Origin: Amoeboaphelidium protococcarum X5
Lineage: Eukaryota; Fungi; Aphelidiomycota
NCBI GenBank assembly: GCA_023515725.1
Contig: JALDTO010000164.1
Coordinates: 62,001 to 126,000, forward strand
Direction of reading: 5' to 3'
DNA: 64,000 nt
Shown piece after piece: positions 1-11,702 of this stretch. The first letter of the stretch is position 1. Each line of letters opens with the position of its first letter. A program made the position numbers and the translations under genes. Under the pieces are notes generated by a model. The model was not told the origin of the DNA. It did no database searches and saw nothing but the letters and a program-made list of their open reading frames with translations.

Positions 1-1
1 C

Positions 2-1384
2 GTTTTTGGTACCGCTAATAAGAGAGAGTAGTGTTATGAGAATCTGAGAGTGTCCCGTAATGCTTGGGACACTAACTTGTGTAAAGCCAATGCTCGTTTC
101 ATCTCTGTGAACTTGGAAGCTGGCGGTGGTGGTCAGTTTGCTGTGATTCCACTGGATCAAGTGGGCAAGTTGGCTAACGACCTTCCAGTGTTCAGTGGCC
201 ATACCGGTGCTGTTCTGGATACTGACTTCAACCCGTTCAATGATTACGTGGTTGCCAGTGGATCTGAGGATTGCAAAGTTTGCGTCTGGTCCATTCCAGA
301 GGGTGGTTTGAAGGAGAACTGCAATGCTCCTGCTTTGTCTTTTGATAAGCACACTCGTAAAGTTGGACATGTCCTCTTCCACCCGACTGCTGAGAATGTG
401 TTGTTGAGTTCCGGTGCTGACTTGTTGATCAAGTTGTACGACATCAAGAAGGGAGCGGAGAAGCAGGATGTCACTGGCCACCCAGATATTGTTAACTCTA
501 TCGTTTACAACTATGACGGATCCATGCTGGCAACCACCTGTAAGGACAAGAAGATCCGTTTGGTTGATCCACGTGGCAACAAGATTGTGGCCGAGACTAA
601 TGGTCATCAAGGTGTGAAGGGAACTCGTGTCTGCTGGTTGGGCGACTCTCAGTACATCATCTCTACCGGTTTCTCCAAGACCAGTGATCGTCAGTATGGT
701 CTATGGGACTCTAGAAACATGAACGAGGCAATCAAGATTGAGAACTTGGACACCATGTCTGGTGGTCTGATGCCGTTCTATGACCAGGACACTCGCATGA
801 TTTACCTTGCTGGTAAGGGTGATGGTAACATCCGTTACTTTGAGTTCGAGGTGGCTGAAGATGGACCTCACATGTACTACTTGACTGAGTACAAGTCTGC
901 CGACCCTCAACGTGGTATTGCCTTCTTGCCAAAGCGTGCTCTGAACATCAACGAGTGTGAGATCTCTCGTGTGTACAAGGTGCATCCTGACCGTGTTGAG
1001 CCAATCTCTTTCAAGGTGCCTCGTAAGTCTGATCAATTCCAGGCTGACATCTTCCCTCCAACTGCTAGCGACAAGCCAACTCTATCTGCCGATGAGTGGT
1101 TCAGTGGTAAGAACGGTAAGCCTACTCTGGTCAGCCTGGAGAAGGGTTTCGTGCCTAGTGCAAAGAAGGAGTTTGTCACTGAAGGTGTCTCCCCAGCTCA
1201 GGCTGTTAATGATCCTCTGAAGAATCCTCAGAGTGAGAAGGAGTACCAGGATGGTTTCCACGTTCTGCGCAAGGAAAATGATGCTCTGAAGAATGAAGTT
1301 GCCCAAAAGGATGTCAGAATTCGTCAGCTGGAGTTGCAGTTGGAGAACCTGATGGCCAACGGTGGTGGCAACAAGGGAAAGTGA
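2..1384 (+). CDS. CRN1: Coronin (WD40 actin-binding protein), 5'-truncated by the window edge
   Basis: Frame from nt 2 reads VFGTANKRE(TAG=Q)CYENLRVSRNAWD, the coronin N-terminal motif. It continues through WD40 repeats, GKGDGNIRYFE, VPRKSDQFQADIFP and a C-terminal coiled coil to TGA at 1382-1384. Confidence 0.97.
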
Positions 1385-1577
1385 TTGAAATAGTCTGATG
1401 ACTAGGAGGAGGATTCAGCTGACTGAATACTTTAAAATAGTTTTGTGCGTAAAAGGTGAAGAAAATATGGATGAAAATGGAAATTTTGAGTTGAATTTCA
1501 TCTTTATAATCTTGCTCGGTTTCCTTAAAATTAGCAAATATTAAATCTAATTACAATAGTATAAATCTATTATTAAA

Positions 1578-2649
1578 TCAGTTCAAAATACTCTTCAGTG
1601 CGGACATTGTGATAATAATCGCTTCTTCGGATCTAATCGTTCTACTGCCTTGATCTGGACAGGTGTTGAGCCAGAAATCAAACAAGTCTCGACTATCCTC
1701 CGGGTTGATAGACGTGGACTCCATCAGATCCTGATCGCCTTCTACGCATACTTCAATACCTAGAAGTCCTCCAAATACAATCAGTACGTGTTTAGCATCT
1801 GCATACTTTGATTAAAGAGCATCACGCACAGTCTAATTGGATAGCATATCATCACCTCGCTCTGACGTTCCAATAGTCATATCGTAGCCTCCAACATAAG
1901 GACACGATTTAAAAACATCCGAGAAACTACCAGCCTACCTCACCTCATATCCCCAATAACTACCCGCTTAAGTGGGTGTGCGAGGAGACACTATGGATAC
2001 TTTAAGCTTCCTGCAGGCTTTCATCATTTTCAACTTTTTCTATTAGGGAGAATCGTGCGAAGAATTGCCACCGCCGCTATGATGATGGTGCTGATTGTGA
2101 CAATACTTATCCAGTGCAGCCTGAGGATCGCTAAGTTTGAGAGTGACGCGCTAATTTTGTTTAATATTCTCAACCAACAGAGGATCCACCTTTACCATGA
2201 CATGCTTATCAAATCCACAATCAACCTCCACCTAGGACTTGGCCGGATCAACTTTGATAACTAGACCTTCACGATATTCCGATAGCTCAGTCTTACGCAA
2301 ATGATGTGGCGCGTCAATAGGATTGAGGAGGCCAGCGAATTTCAGATTTGGATGATGAGGAAATAGACTCTTGCGCAGATACTGAGGAGTTTCCAGGTAG
2401 CGAAGAACATGCGTCATGAATGTCTATGAATTGAATCGCTTGCTAGATGAAGGACTGAATTCCTCTCCACCATCATCATTATCTTTATGCTAGTCACCTT
2501 CTCTCTTTTCAGATGATCCCTTAACACTCTCCTACTGGAATACAATCACCTCGTCCACCTTAAATATCACCATACTACGCGCAATCTACCCAACCAGATA
2601 AGTTTTCAGATCAGGCGACTGAGCATTATCCAGAATTGATGATGGAAAA
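1578..2649 (-). pseudogene. SPOUT1: SPOUT-family RNA methyltransferase (C9orf114/SPOUT1/CENP-32 type), 3' part, interrupted by the KDZ transposon
   Basis: Reads FPSSILDNAQSPDLKTYLVGQIAR...LRYLETPQYLRKSLFP...AGLLNPIDAPHH...QGSRTIRSEEAI to TGA at 1578-1580. Joined to the 5' part (11212-11284) with one TSD copy removed, it gives a 379-codon frame. Confidence 0.92.
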
Positions 2650-2658
2650 CCTCTGGTG
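2642..2658. repeat. Left target-site duplication (ATGGAAAA) and left terminal inverted repeat of the KDZ element
   Basis: The same 8-mer recurs at 11212-11219. The duplication could be read as 9 bp (GATGGAAAA), but 8 bp makes both element ends start CC. Confidence 0.85.
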
Positions 2659-3309
2659 TAAAGAAAACTTACTATCTATTTCGTGTGTTTGATGTGTGCA
2701 ACGCGCGATCATAATTTCTGTTTGAGGGAAAAATGTGAAAATCTAAACAAGCCGTTAAATTAGCGTTTGGATCGGATCTTTTTCATCGTGGTATACTCTC
2801 AGTAATCTTAAATGCTTGCGCACCATTTATAATGTATTATTTGCGGTACTGGCGGATTTACTAAACATTTTCGATAAACGCGTAGTAAGCTTGTTTCAAG
2901 ATCAGGAATCGCCGACCGGCTATGCTAGTACCGTCTGAGTGTGCTACCACACTTCAAATATATCATCTCTGATGATACTATTAGTGTAACTAGGAATGTA
3001 TTCTTGTTTTTATGCGTGGTAGATGTTTTTTTATTATGAACTGCATTTAAGCAAAGAGAGCCACCAGCTCGCTGTGCATTCAATCGCACGCGCTTCCCTT
3101 AAACGTATTAATAAATGCATGATATGCATGATATGGAATCCTGTTTGATCGGAAAACAGGATCCGCTATATAAGTTATATAGATACTTGCTTAAACGTTT
3201 GTGTTGAGAACTTTTGGTCACAACGTCCTGAAACCAAGTGGCATACGCACTGTTGTTCTTTTATTCTTTCATTCTTTAAACCGATTTCGATCACAAAAAC
3301 TTATATATC

Positions 3310-4776
3310 ATGACTGCTAGAATTAAGAAGAAGCTGAAAATTGATAGTGACCTAGAGGATGAGAATTAATCAGATACTGTCAATGTAAGCTATTAGTTTG
3401 CTTCTGCCTCATCATATGCATTGTCACGAATTAATGTAGGTGTAACAGGAAGCCTCGATTAACAATGGCACGGTTGTCGAAGCCGAAAGTAATGATATCC
3501 CGGCGAAGATGGACCCTGCTGACAATTTGAATTAGGAAAGTGTTAAAGCGCCTAAGCGAAAAAAGGATGACCATGGTATATATTCTAATTGCGTAGTAAT
3601 TTCAGTCATATCGTTTGTGTAGAAGTTGATAAAGCCGAAATTCCATCGTTGTTCCGTCTGTCAACTAGGAATTACTTGAAGAAATTGTGGGGTGGCAAAA
3701 GTGGTAAGATACTTTATTCTATTGCGTTGTCTCATATATGTGTATCATGCTGTAGGCTCATAAGAATCTAAAGGAATGCTGGAATATAATGTTAATTTCG
3801 ATAGGCGTTTTAAGTCATTGAAGCCTTCGGAATTGAAGAACTATGAGTATGCCGCAAAGTATGGACCATATCCTAAAGAATGGTATCCAGAAATGCGTTC
3901 TAAAGCTATGGATATCCTGGAGCAGGTGGTAAGTTTTATTATTGTATTTGAAGTGATCGCGTTTTGTTTGTGTAGATTCCTTACGGCCCGCAAATTGGAA
4001 TGGAGACACATTGTCTCATCTGGCAGCATTCTCATCTGGATGCAAAGCCGGCAGTCAGTAAAATTAACGTGGTGTAGACTGAGGTAATGTCGCAGGCTGT
4101 TAGTGCCTACCACGAGAAATTCGGAAAGGCGGATCACAGCTTTATTAAGTCTATAGATCTGTCTGTGCAAGCGATGGATTGCTTGTAAGCTTCTGGTATC
4201 AATGCGCGTTGTAAGCTAGAATATGACGAAAGATTGTACAATTAATCATAATGTAGTTATTGTCGGCCGTGATTCAATGCCTAAGGTGGAGACAATTACT
4301 GATTTTGGCAAGAATGAGCAGTCTGAGCGTATTTAGTATTTGACAGAGTACTTTCAGAATCAGTGGAGTATGTCGATCTAATGTGGTGTGCTTATCGCCT
4401 ATATTATCTTTATAAATTTCGTGTAGATAAAGCAGTCGAATTCATTCCGAACAAGAACAAGTCATTCCCTTTCACTAATTGGCAGCAGTCCATCATAATT
4501 GATGGCATTCCTAATAATCCGGAGTCTAAAGGCTCCGATGTCCCTATAAAAATTCGACGTCCTTTTACCACAAGCGAGTAGTAGAAGTATGGATATACGC
4601 CTTCTTAGCTGCGTGCATTGGAGTATGCGTGCAAGAATGGCCATATGGTGTTCAGATTGAGTAAGTATGTCTGAATTTTACGTAGTTTTATGAGTGACCT
4701 TTTGCCAATGAGTGTAGAAGATGATATCGATACTAAGTCTGCCGATCTCAAGTCAGATCTCGATAGTGATATTTGA
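3310..4776 (+). CDS. KDZ element accessory protein of unknown function, 8 exons, about 367 aa
   Basis: Seven GT...TGTAG introns (3385-3439, 3576-3622, 3704-3755, 3929-3975, 4211-4256, 4368-4426, 4661-4717) splice in phase into one frame, MTARIKKKLKIDSD...QWNKAVEFIPNKNKSFPFTNWQQSIIIDGIP...DSDI-TGA. Confidence 0.8.
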
Positions 4777-5051
4777 ATCATTGTGGCTTGCTATTTATGG
4801 AATGTTTACTAATCCTTTAGTCTTTTGGTGGAGTGGTCTAGAGTTGTTGTGTGAATTTGTGAGTGTTATTAATTAATTGATTATGTCTAATCTATTAATC
4901 TATTCAACAAATTTGCCACGTGCTTATTTAATTGGGTTTCACTAACAGTACGGTGCTGAGCAGTACAAAGATACAAAGAGGCAAAGTTAAAACCTTCGGA
5001 CGAAGCGCGTTATTGTCTTCGTTATAACTTCATTACACGTAATAGATTCAG

Positions 5052-5799
5052 TCATTCAGTCTGTAAAGAGCTCAGTGAGCTTTGCAATTCATGTATCAAC
5101 GTCTGAATCCTGGCGTTTTGGTCTTGATATAGATGCCACATCTTGTACTCCAGCTATATCTCCACAGGCTAAATCATTATGTAAGCCTTTTAACATCTAG
5201 CAGGCTTTACACCATTCTTCTCATTCGATACATGCTGGCTTATTAGACAGTTGTTTTTGGCAAAGCGATTAACTTTATCAACTTTAAACTAACTACACAA
5301 GATCCACGCGTCACAACATGAAATTACAGTAAGGTCAAAATTACTTCAAATTGTTACTCATCTACTAGAGTTGAATCTATAAGTCCTAACGCTTCCTTCT
5401 CCTTGTTTCATTGTAAGCGTCTTTATTCTTCTGGTAAGTGGCACGTTTTTAAGCAAGTCTTTTCGATCGTGGGCTTGTTTCAACTTCAGCTGTGAGTTAC
5501 CTGACATTAACGGATCCAACGTTCAACAGCGGTGCCGGTCTATGTAAACTTTAGCTTGTTTTCACGGAGCCTTGAGCATTTTTTGTATATCTCTATTTAT
5601 TGGATTGTTCATTGTTATAGTCTTTTAATATTTATTCAAACGAATCAATGCGTCTAACAGGTATGAAGCTCTCCGAAGCAGACGATAAATCGGATGAGAA
5701 CTCACAGTCTACAGATTTAGTACATCGATAATTAAACTATAAGATTTAAATCATACTCTTGTTATAATAATATTAATTGAGACTATTTCCGTACGACAT
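5052..5799 (-). CDS. Putative second KDZ cargo gene with a basic/coiled-coil (bZIP-like) segment, about 215 aa; start uncertain
   Basis: Two GT...TGTAG introns (5709-5756, 5293-5344) splice in phase. The product contains RSKRLAQKRATYQKNKDAYNETRRRKRQDLQIQLQQMSNNL. Confidence 0.5.
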
Positions 5800-7275
5800 T
5801 GACTTTGGAGTATCTAAATTTGACACTGTAGAGCTTAATTACTTGATGAAACAAATCAGCCATGGAAAGAGGAATGAAAGGAAACGGGTTGCCCGAGTAC
5901 AGAACACGCTGTGATTATATAAGGCTGAAGTATTCTCCCAAATCTGATTGTGCAGTAATTAATGTCGATATGTCTAACTTTGCAAGCATTACGCTAATAG
6001 CCGTACCGCTGGTATAGCTACGAATCTTATTTTAAGTATTCGAGACGGGACTCTATTGATAAGACGCGACTTATACACCTTCTAGATCTAAAATCCGACA
6101 AAAGGATTGCATTGTCATGGTGAGTATATTAATTTATCTTATCATAGCGATAAAATTAGAATTGAAGTTACTTTAATCACTGCTCTCGGCCATTGTCATT
6201 GGCACGGTTGCTTGTTGTTCATCACGTATTACAACCGACAAAACTATGGACTACGTTAACCAGACAAATTTAAAACTACTCTAGTTTTTTTAACTTGCTT
6301 CTGTTGTCAATTAAATCCATATATGTATGAATTTTCTAAAAAATCAATTTCGTGAGATGTGACTAAGAGAACGCGACATTGTTTAAGTTGAAACAATGAT
6401 CACACTAAGATCTCGTATACGGCGCATTGTATATAAGTGACCACATTAGCATATCATAACAATCAAACTTATACGTGAACGCGGCAAATGTATTACTCAT
6501 ATATATTCAAGATCTAAACATTAGAAAAGAATAATAATTCTCAAACATATTCGCTACCTAAGTTGTGTCTAGTCACTAGACTAATAACGCCTAAACGCGT
6601 AACTTCAAAGCAAAATTTCACGTGTAAATTTTAATTGTTGAGCTGTAAAAGTTATATTTCTGGAATCAGCGCCAAAAATGGAATAAACCACTATGAACTT
6701 TGAATTTGATTTAGTTCTTGTCGTTGAATACCTGACACTGTGTTCGGGATTGGTTGAGTTTGATTCAAATAAAGCTTACACTAGTGGTTGTCCTGGTGTG
6801 ACATTCCGAACATGTTGACAAATTTCAAGCAAACTCTTTCAACGTCTTTTAATATTATACTAGTACATATTTTAAAGTAGTTTGGTGTAAATTTTCTTCA
6901 ACTTTATGTTTAAAAGCTAAAATATAGTCGGTTTTTACTTATATTAGTGACGCGCATCGTCGATCACCTGTTGATTAATGCCAATTTACATGCATTTACT
7001 TCGTAGTCATAATTTTTTTTACCATTCTTTTTTATACATTAAAAAAATAATATAAACTATTGTTTAATGTCAAATCATTGCCATTTTAAAAGCGATTTGT
7101 TGTACTGTAACAATTTAAACTTGTAACAGGTGATCTTAAGACACGTCGCTCTTGCAGCTCATTGCTACTCACTTGGGAAATTATAAACTCGTAGACAGGA
7201 TAAAAATATACGTAATTAAAGATTATGATAATATATTCTCAACTTTAACTCAATACTCTTAACGCCGAACTCATA

Positions 7276-10200
7276 TCAGCCTTGTCTTTGCGTTGCCACT
7301 TACTAATTATGCCTCAAATTCAACAATCGTTCCTTGATCTCCTGTCGTAATGCACGAATCTTTACTTTTGATGTAGAGCTTATAGTGCCTTATTTAACAA
7401 TTTGCTTAGCATACCAGAAAGCATAGACTCCACAACTATGCCCATCTTTCTATTTGGGACCTTAGATGACTTACGGCGCGTCAAATTCCAATCGTAGATC
7501 AAAAGAAACAGCATTCTGAAATAGATGTTTAAGTTAATCAACAAAAGACATATCAACTTCATAACCAGCCGAACAGTAGAATCGCAACTTTGCCACACTA
7601 TTATTTACCACAAGATGGTATACATTCCAATGAGGAGGGCCTCTGTTCATGAGATGACGAAGAATTACGACATCGGTGACATTATTAGTGAGTTTGCGTG
7701 CAAAGTAACGCCTACGCTGCTCAGGTTAATCATTCGAGTGTTCACACCAACTCTCCAAATTTTGACTGTCAAGTAGAACGATTCCAGAATGAGCTTCTAA
7801 CTTGAGAGACTTGAAGGCATAAAATAAAACATCATCTTTCAATCGCGGCTCATTTCCATTGCAGAAGCTCTCTAAAGCTTGAGTTATGGGATGAGTATCG
7901 ACTGGCAAATCAGCGCCTTACTCGTCAGGTTACTTTACAGGTGAATCGCCGAATTAGATTGGATTATGAAGATTATCACCCGCCACTTACTCAACATCTG
8001 GAGCAGCGTCTTACATTGCACAGTTCTCGACATTGACCTGTTAGGTAGTATCGGCAATATTCTCAAAAACTTGTTCACACTCTTATTCAACTTATACACC
8101 ATGACATGCTTATTCAATCTATAATGGAGGATGATCATCTGGTGAATTGTTCAACATAGGCACATTATCATCTACTGCACTGGCTGATTGTGGACGATTG
8201 AACTGGTTGACGCGTAATCTTTATAACAAATCTACATGGCTCTAAGATGTTAATTCATTAATATACGGCAGCAGCTTTTTATAATCACTACGACACTTTT
8301 ACAATCTCTTATGCATCATTTGATACAGAACAAGCTTACTACTCCAAGCGCTCGGTGTAGAGATGGACTTCAATATACTAAGTACTATGACAATTTGAGA
8401 TTTGATTAATTAGATTGATTCATGTCTACACAGCAGCATCTCCTCTAAACACCTCTATCTAGCATGAACCAACTGGCGAAGTTAGGTAGAATCATCATTA
8501 TTTTGAGCGATATAGTTAAAATTTACGTGAGTTAATGATGGGGATGCAGGAAACTCTTCAAACTCAATACAGTCAACACCATAGTCAATCTTTACCTTTT
8601 GCACCAGATCATTAAACTATCGAGTCAATTGGGTGATATTTACGCGTCGCGATTTTAAGGCTCTGGCAAAGACCTTCTTCTTGAATTGGCTAGAAGTGTT
8701 CTTCCCTTTGTAATCTAACAGCACTGTGATCTCAACCATTTCGCTCTTAAGCTGCCTCAGAATAATGCTACATCTCTTTATTACAAGCGCGATTCTAGCA
8801 TCTTTATACTCAACTTTCTGCACGGTCCATCTACTGGCAGCATCAATGCCTAGCTTCAGCTCGAACATCTCAACTTTCTACAATAGAGATCGATCATTTG
8901 GCATATGTTACAGATCTTCCAAGCTCTTAACGTACAACTCTTCCGACGTCCACTTCTGCAAATCATCACCAGGCGCACATTCCATCGGTGCCAATATTAT
9001 TGCTGCACACTACTCATCTACTGACATTTATTGAGCTTTCAGAACAGGATGATCATACAAATACTCCTCCAACACAAGAAGCTCCTGTTCTGCGATCTCG
9101 TATCTCTGCACTATTTACAGCACAATCTTATCATTCAGTTCCATGCTGTGTTTCCAGAGTATATGATCAATGACCTCTTCACGCGCTGCAATACAGAGAT
9201 TCTTTGTAATGTAGCCAAAGTTCCCAATAACAGACCAGAGGCTCTCCATCAACTCACCAGCAGTTTTACCGGACCAGAGAGAAAACTTACTGGAAAATTT
9301 AGCTTGGCAATAACTTTGATGCGCGTAAAGATGTAAAGCAGGTACCAAAACATCTATATCACTGAGATCAGTCCTGCCAATCCGACGCGCCAAGTTCACC
9401 ACCCACTGGCATCCGACGTCATAATACACTTTAAGTTGGTCAGGTGAATCCTAAAATGATGCGAGCATTTGTATAACATTCAACACCGCCACATCAGCAT
9501 GCAAATATTTCTCACCTTTCTCGAAGTTAGAATATGTGCGAGAGATTGCAGGCCCATGCCTAGCACAACATGCCCCGAATAATCCAGTAATGTCATTAAA
9601 CTTCGACATCAGTTGACCAGCAACTTAAGTCACCGCTTTAAATGAGCTGCAAGAGGAAGACTATTACTTATACTCATCTTTCAGAAGATCAAAGCAGAGA
9701 CTATCTACAAAAAACAGCTTGTCAGAAATGACCTCAGTGTTATTAACATCACCACTGGACGCGCCCCGATTAAGATGATTAAGCTTAAAATTTCCGTCAA
9801 GTGCGATCTACAATAAATGAGGAATCTAAGGCAATTGAGCTTATGATAAAGCAATAGACATGTCCAGTATTTCATCTGTCAAACCAGTATCAGCTTGTAG
9901 CTCGCCATCTTGAATATCTGCAATCTTCTATGAGTACTGAGCAGCAACTTAATTTGGACAAGCCAGACAATCAAATTAAAATGGAAGAGTGTGAGTCTTC
10001 CAAAACTGCTTTTCAAGCGCAATGTACAAACGCAGACTCTGCAGTAAATGCTTGCGAAAATACGACGAACCACCAATGTAGCATACATCAGAAAAAGACG
10101 CGGCAAATCCTGACGCCGTACATTTAGAATTTCTAAGCAAGGACGCGTAAAACTTAATAACTTCAAGTTATATCGCATATTACGGCTTACTTGCAGTGCA

Positions 10201-11071
10201 AGCAACAAATCCAAGCGCCAGCAAAGCCTTAAACAATCCATACTTAACTGATGTGATGTGTTCGCAGACGTCAATCTCACACTCAGCGACACCATTAGGA
10301 AATTGATATAACTTAACGGAATGCTTAGATTTTTTACAGCCGGGATCCACACAGCATGCAGACAGACTTCCACCACACTTATATGCCAGCTGATCTGACA
10401 ATAATCGCTGTTACAAATGAAACTGCTTGTCGCGATGGATTTCGGCAAAGCAAGCATCGCAGTACTATGGGCAGTTATCACAAGTTAGACATCTAACTTC
10501 AGAGGATGCTCTATCACATGCAGAACACCCGACAGCAACGTCATAGTCGTACTACTTAAAGTAGAGCTCATCATTGCAGGCTTACACGCAATCGCGAAAA
10601 GTGGCGGTCAGATCAGGCCTAACATTCCTCCTTCTAAATGATACCTTAAATAGACTTGGTTTCTTCTTCTTTTTATTTCTTTTCTATTAATTCGCCATCT
10701 ATTCACCAGTATCAAGTGCTGCATCTTCCCACATGTAGTCGAACACGTCATGATTGTGCAGTTCTTCCAAATCAAGATCAGCCATTTGCTCGACGACATC
10801 ACCGTTATTACGCTATTGCTAATTATCATTCCGATTAAGTCGTAATAGATTATCAGGTGCTACACGTAAAAGATATCTTAAATCATGATATATCAAAAGA
10901 AAATCAGATCTTACAGACAAAAGCATTATTGAATTTATTCGCCGGGGATGGCGTTTTTTCAGCAGGGACTGCCTTACTCTGAGAGTAAGAAATCTTTTTA
11001 GACCCTTAGTTCCCATAGGTTGACACTTTATACTTGCGGAGATGCTTTTTACGTATATTTATTTTAGTCAT
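7276..11071 (-). CDS. KDZ transposase (Cys-cluster zinc domains, RNase H-fold KDZ domain) fused to a C-terminal Ulp1/C48 peptidase, about 1246 aa
   Basis: One intron (10860-10914). Motifs: CSAC..RCLTCDNCPQYCDACFAEIH..FH; FDCLACP; ALDGNFK; GACCARHG; KGEKY; YYDVGCQW; HLYAHQSYCQ; GELMESLWS; RCLEE. These are followed by LKDDVL, HW and PKQKDGHSCGVY (Ulp1). The frame is open when TAA/TAG are read as Gln. Confidence 0.93.
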
Positions 11072-11202
11072 AGCTGTCAATAGTCAAGCAAAATGATAAA
11101 AAAGGGATGAAATAATTTTTCACATTTTTCTCCATTCATGAAACAAGCCTCTTGATCTTCGCGCGAAAAAAATGTTAGTTTTCTCGCTCTTTTCATGTTC
11201 AC

Positions 11203-11219
11203 CACTAGTGGATGGAAAA
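11203..11219. repeat. Right terminal inverted repeat and right target-site duplication of the KDZ element
   Basis: CACTAGTGG followed by ATGGAAAA. Confidence 0.85.
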
Positions 11220-11284
11220 GCAATCGACACTGTGCGCGTCTATGGTGTCTACGATTTTTAAAATTAATAAGAAGCCACCGTCAT
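11212..11284 (-). pseudogene. SPOUT1: SPOUT1 5' part, separated from the rest of the gene by the KDZ transposon
   Basis: ATG at 11284 reads MTVASYQFQKSQTPQTRTVSIAFP, which joins SSILDNAQS at 2641 to give the conserved TVSIAxPxSILDNAQ start of the family. Confidence 0.9.
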
Positions 11285-11702
11285 ATTTAATAATTAAATC
11301 CTAGCGTGTGTTTGTATTGATAAAATAAAGCTTAATGATAAAATGTCTGCAGTCTAGATTTTTATCGCCTTTTTTCACAGAGGGAGTTTGTGTTACAAGT
11401 GAAAAACGATCCTTGAAGAATATAGCTTATTGTAAACGAAAGCGTTCATATCACGGTAATCTTTAGTTATAAATTTAATTGCGTGACTAATTAAAGCTAA
11501 TTCTCCATATGAGCGAATGATAAATTATTGTCTCACTCGTAATAACTATGAGAGCAAATCTAAAGTAATATAGTTCATGTCTTTCACTTGCCGTCTAAAC
11601 GTTGTTCTCTCGTTTCCCACGACGGAGTTTGCTTTGTCTCGCTTAGCTGTTGTAACGGTTAATTGTAATACGTAGTGTTAATTAATCAATTGACAATATA
11701 TT

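Larger units (their letters stand above)
2650..11211 (-). mobile_element. Full-length Kyakuja-Dileera-Zisupton (KDZ) DNA transposon, 8,562 bp
   Basis: Flanked by an 8-bp duplication ATGGAAAA (2642-2649 and 11212-11219). Termini CCTCTGGTG and reverse-complement CCACTAGTG match at 7/9. A subterminal inverted 14-mer GAAAAATGTGAAAA lies at 2728-2741 and 11117-11130. It encodes a KDZ transposase, and removing it restores the SPOUT1 frame. Confidence 0.92.

Noticed and set aside
2650-11211. The KDZ element being spliced out as an intron to rescue SPOUT1
   Set aside because: An in-frame splice is formally possible (GT near 11201-11204 to the AG at 2652-2651, adding a few residues), but the donor and the GAG acceptor match none of the GTA.../TGTAG introns seen here.
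2650-11211. TET/JBP dioxygenase cargo, often found with fungal KDZ elements
   Set aside because: No HxD...H...R 2-oxoglutarate/Fe(II) motif set was recognisable in the frames I translated.
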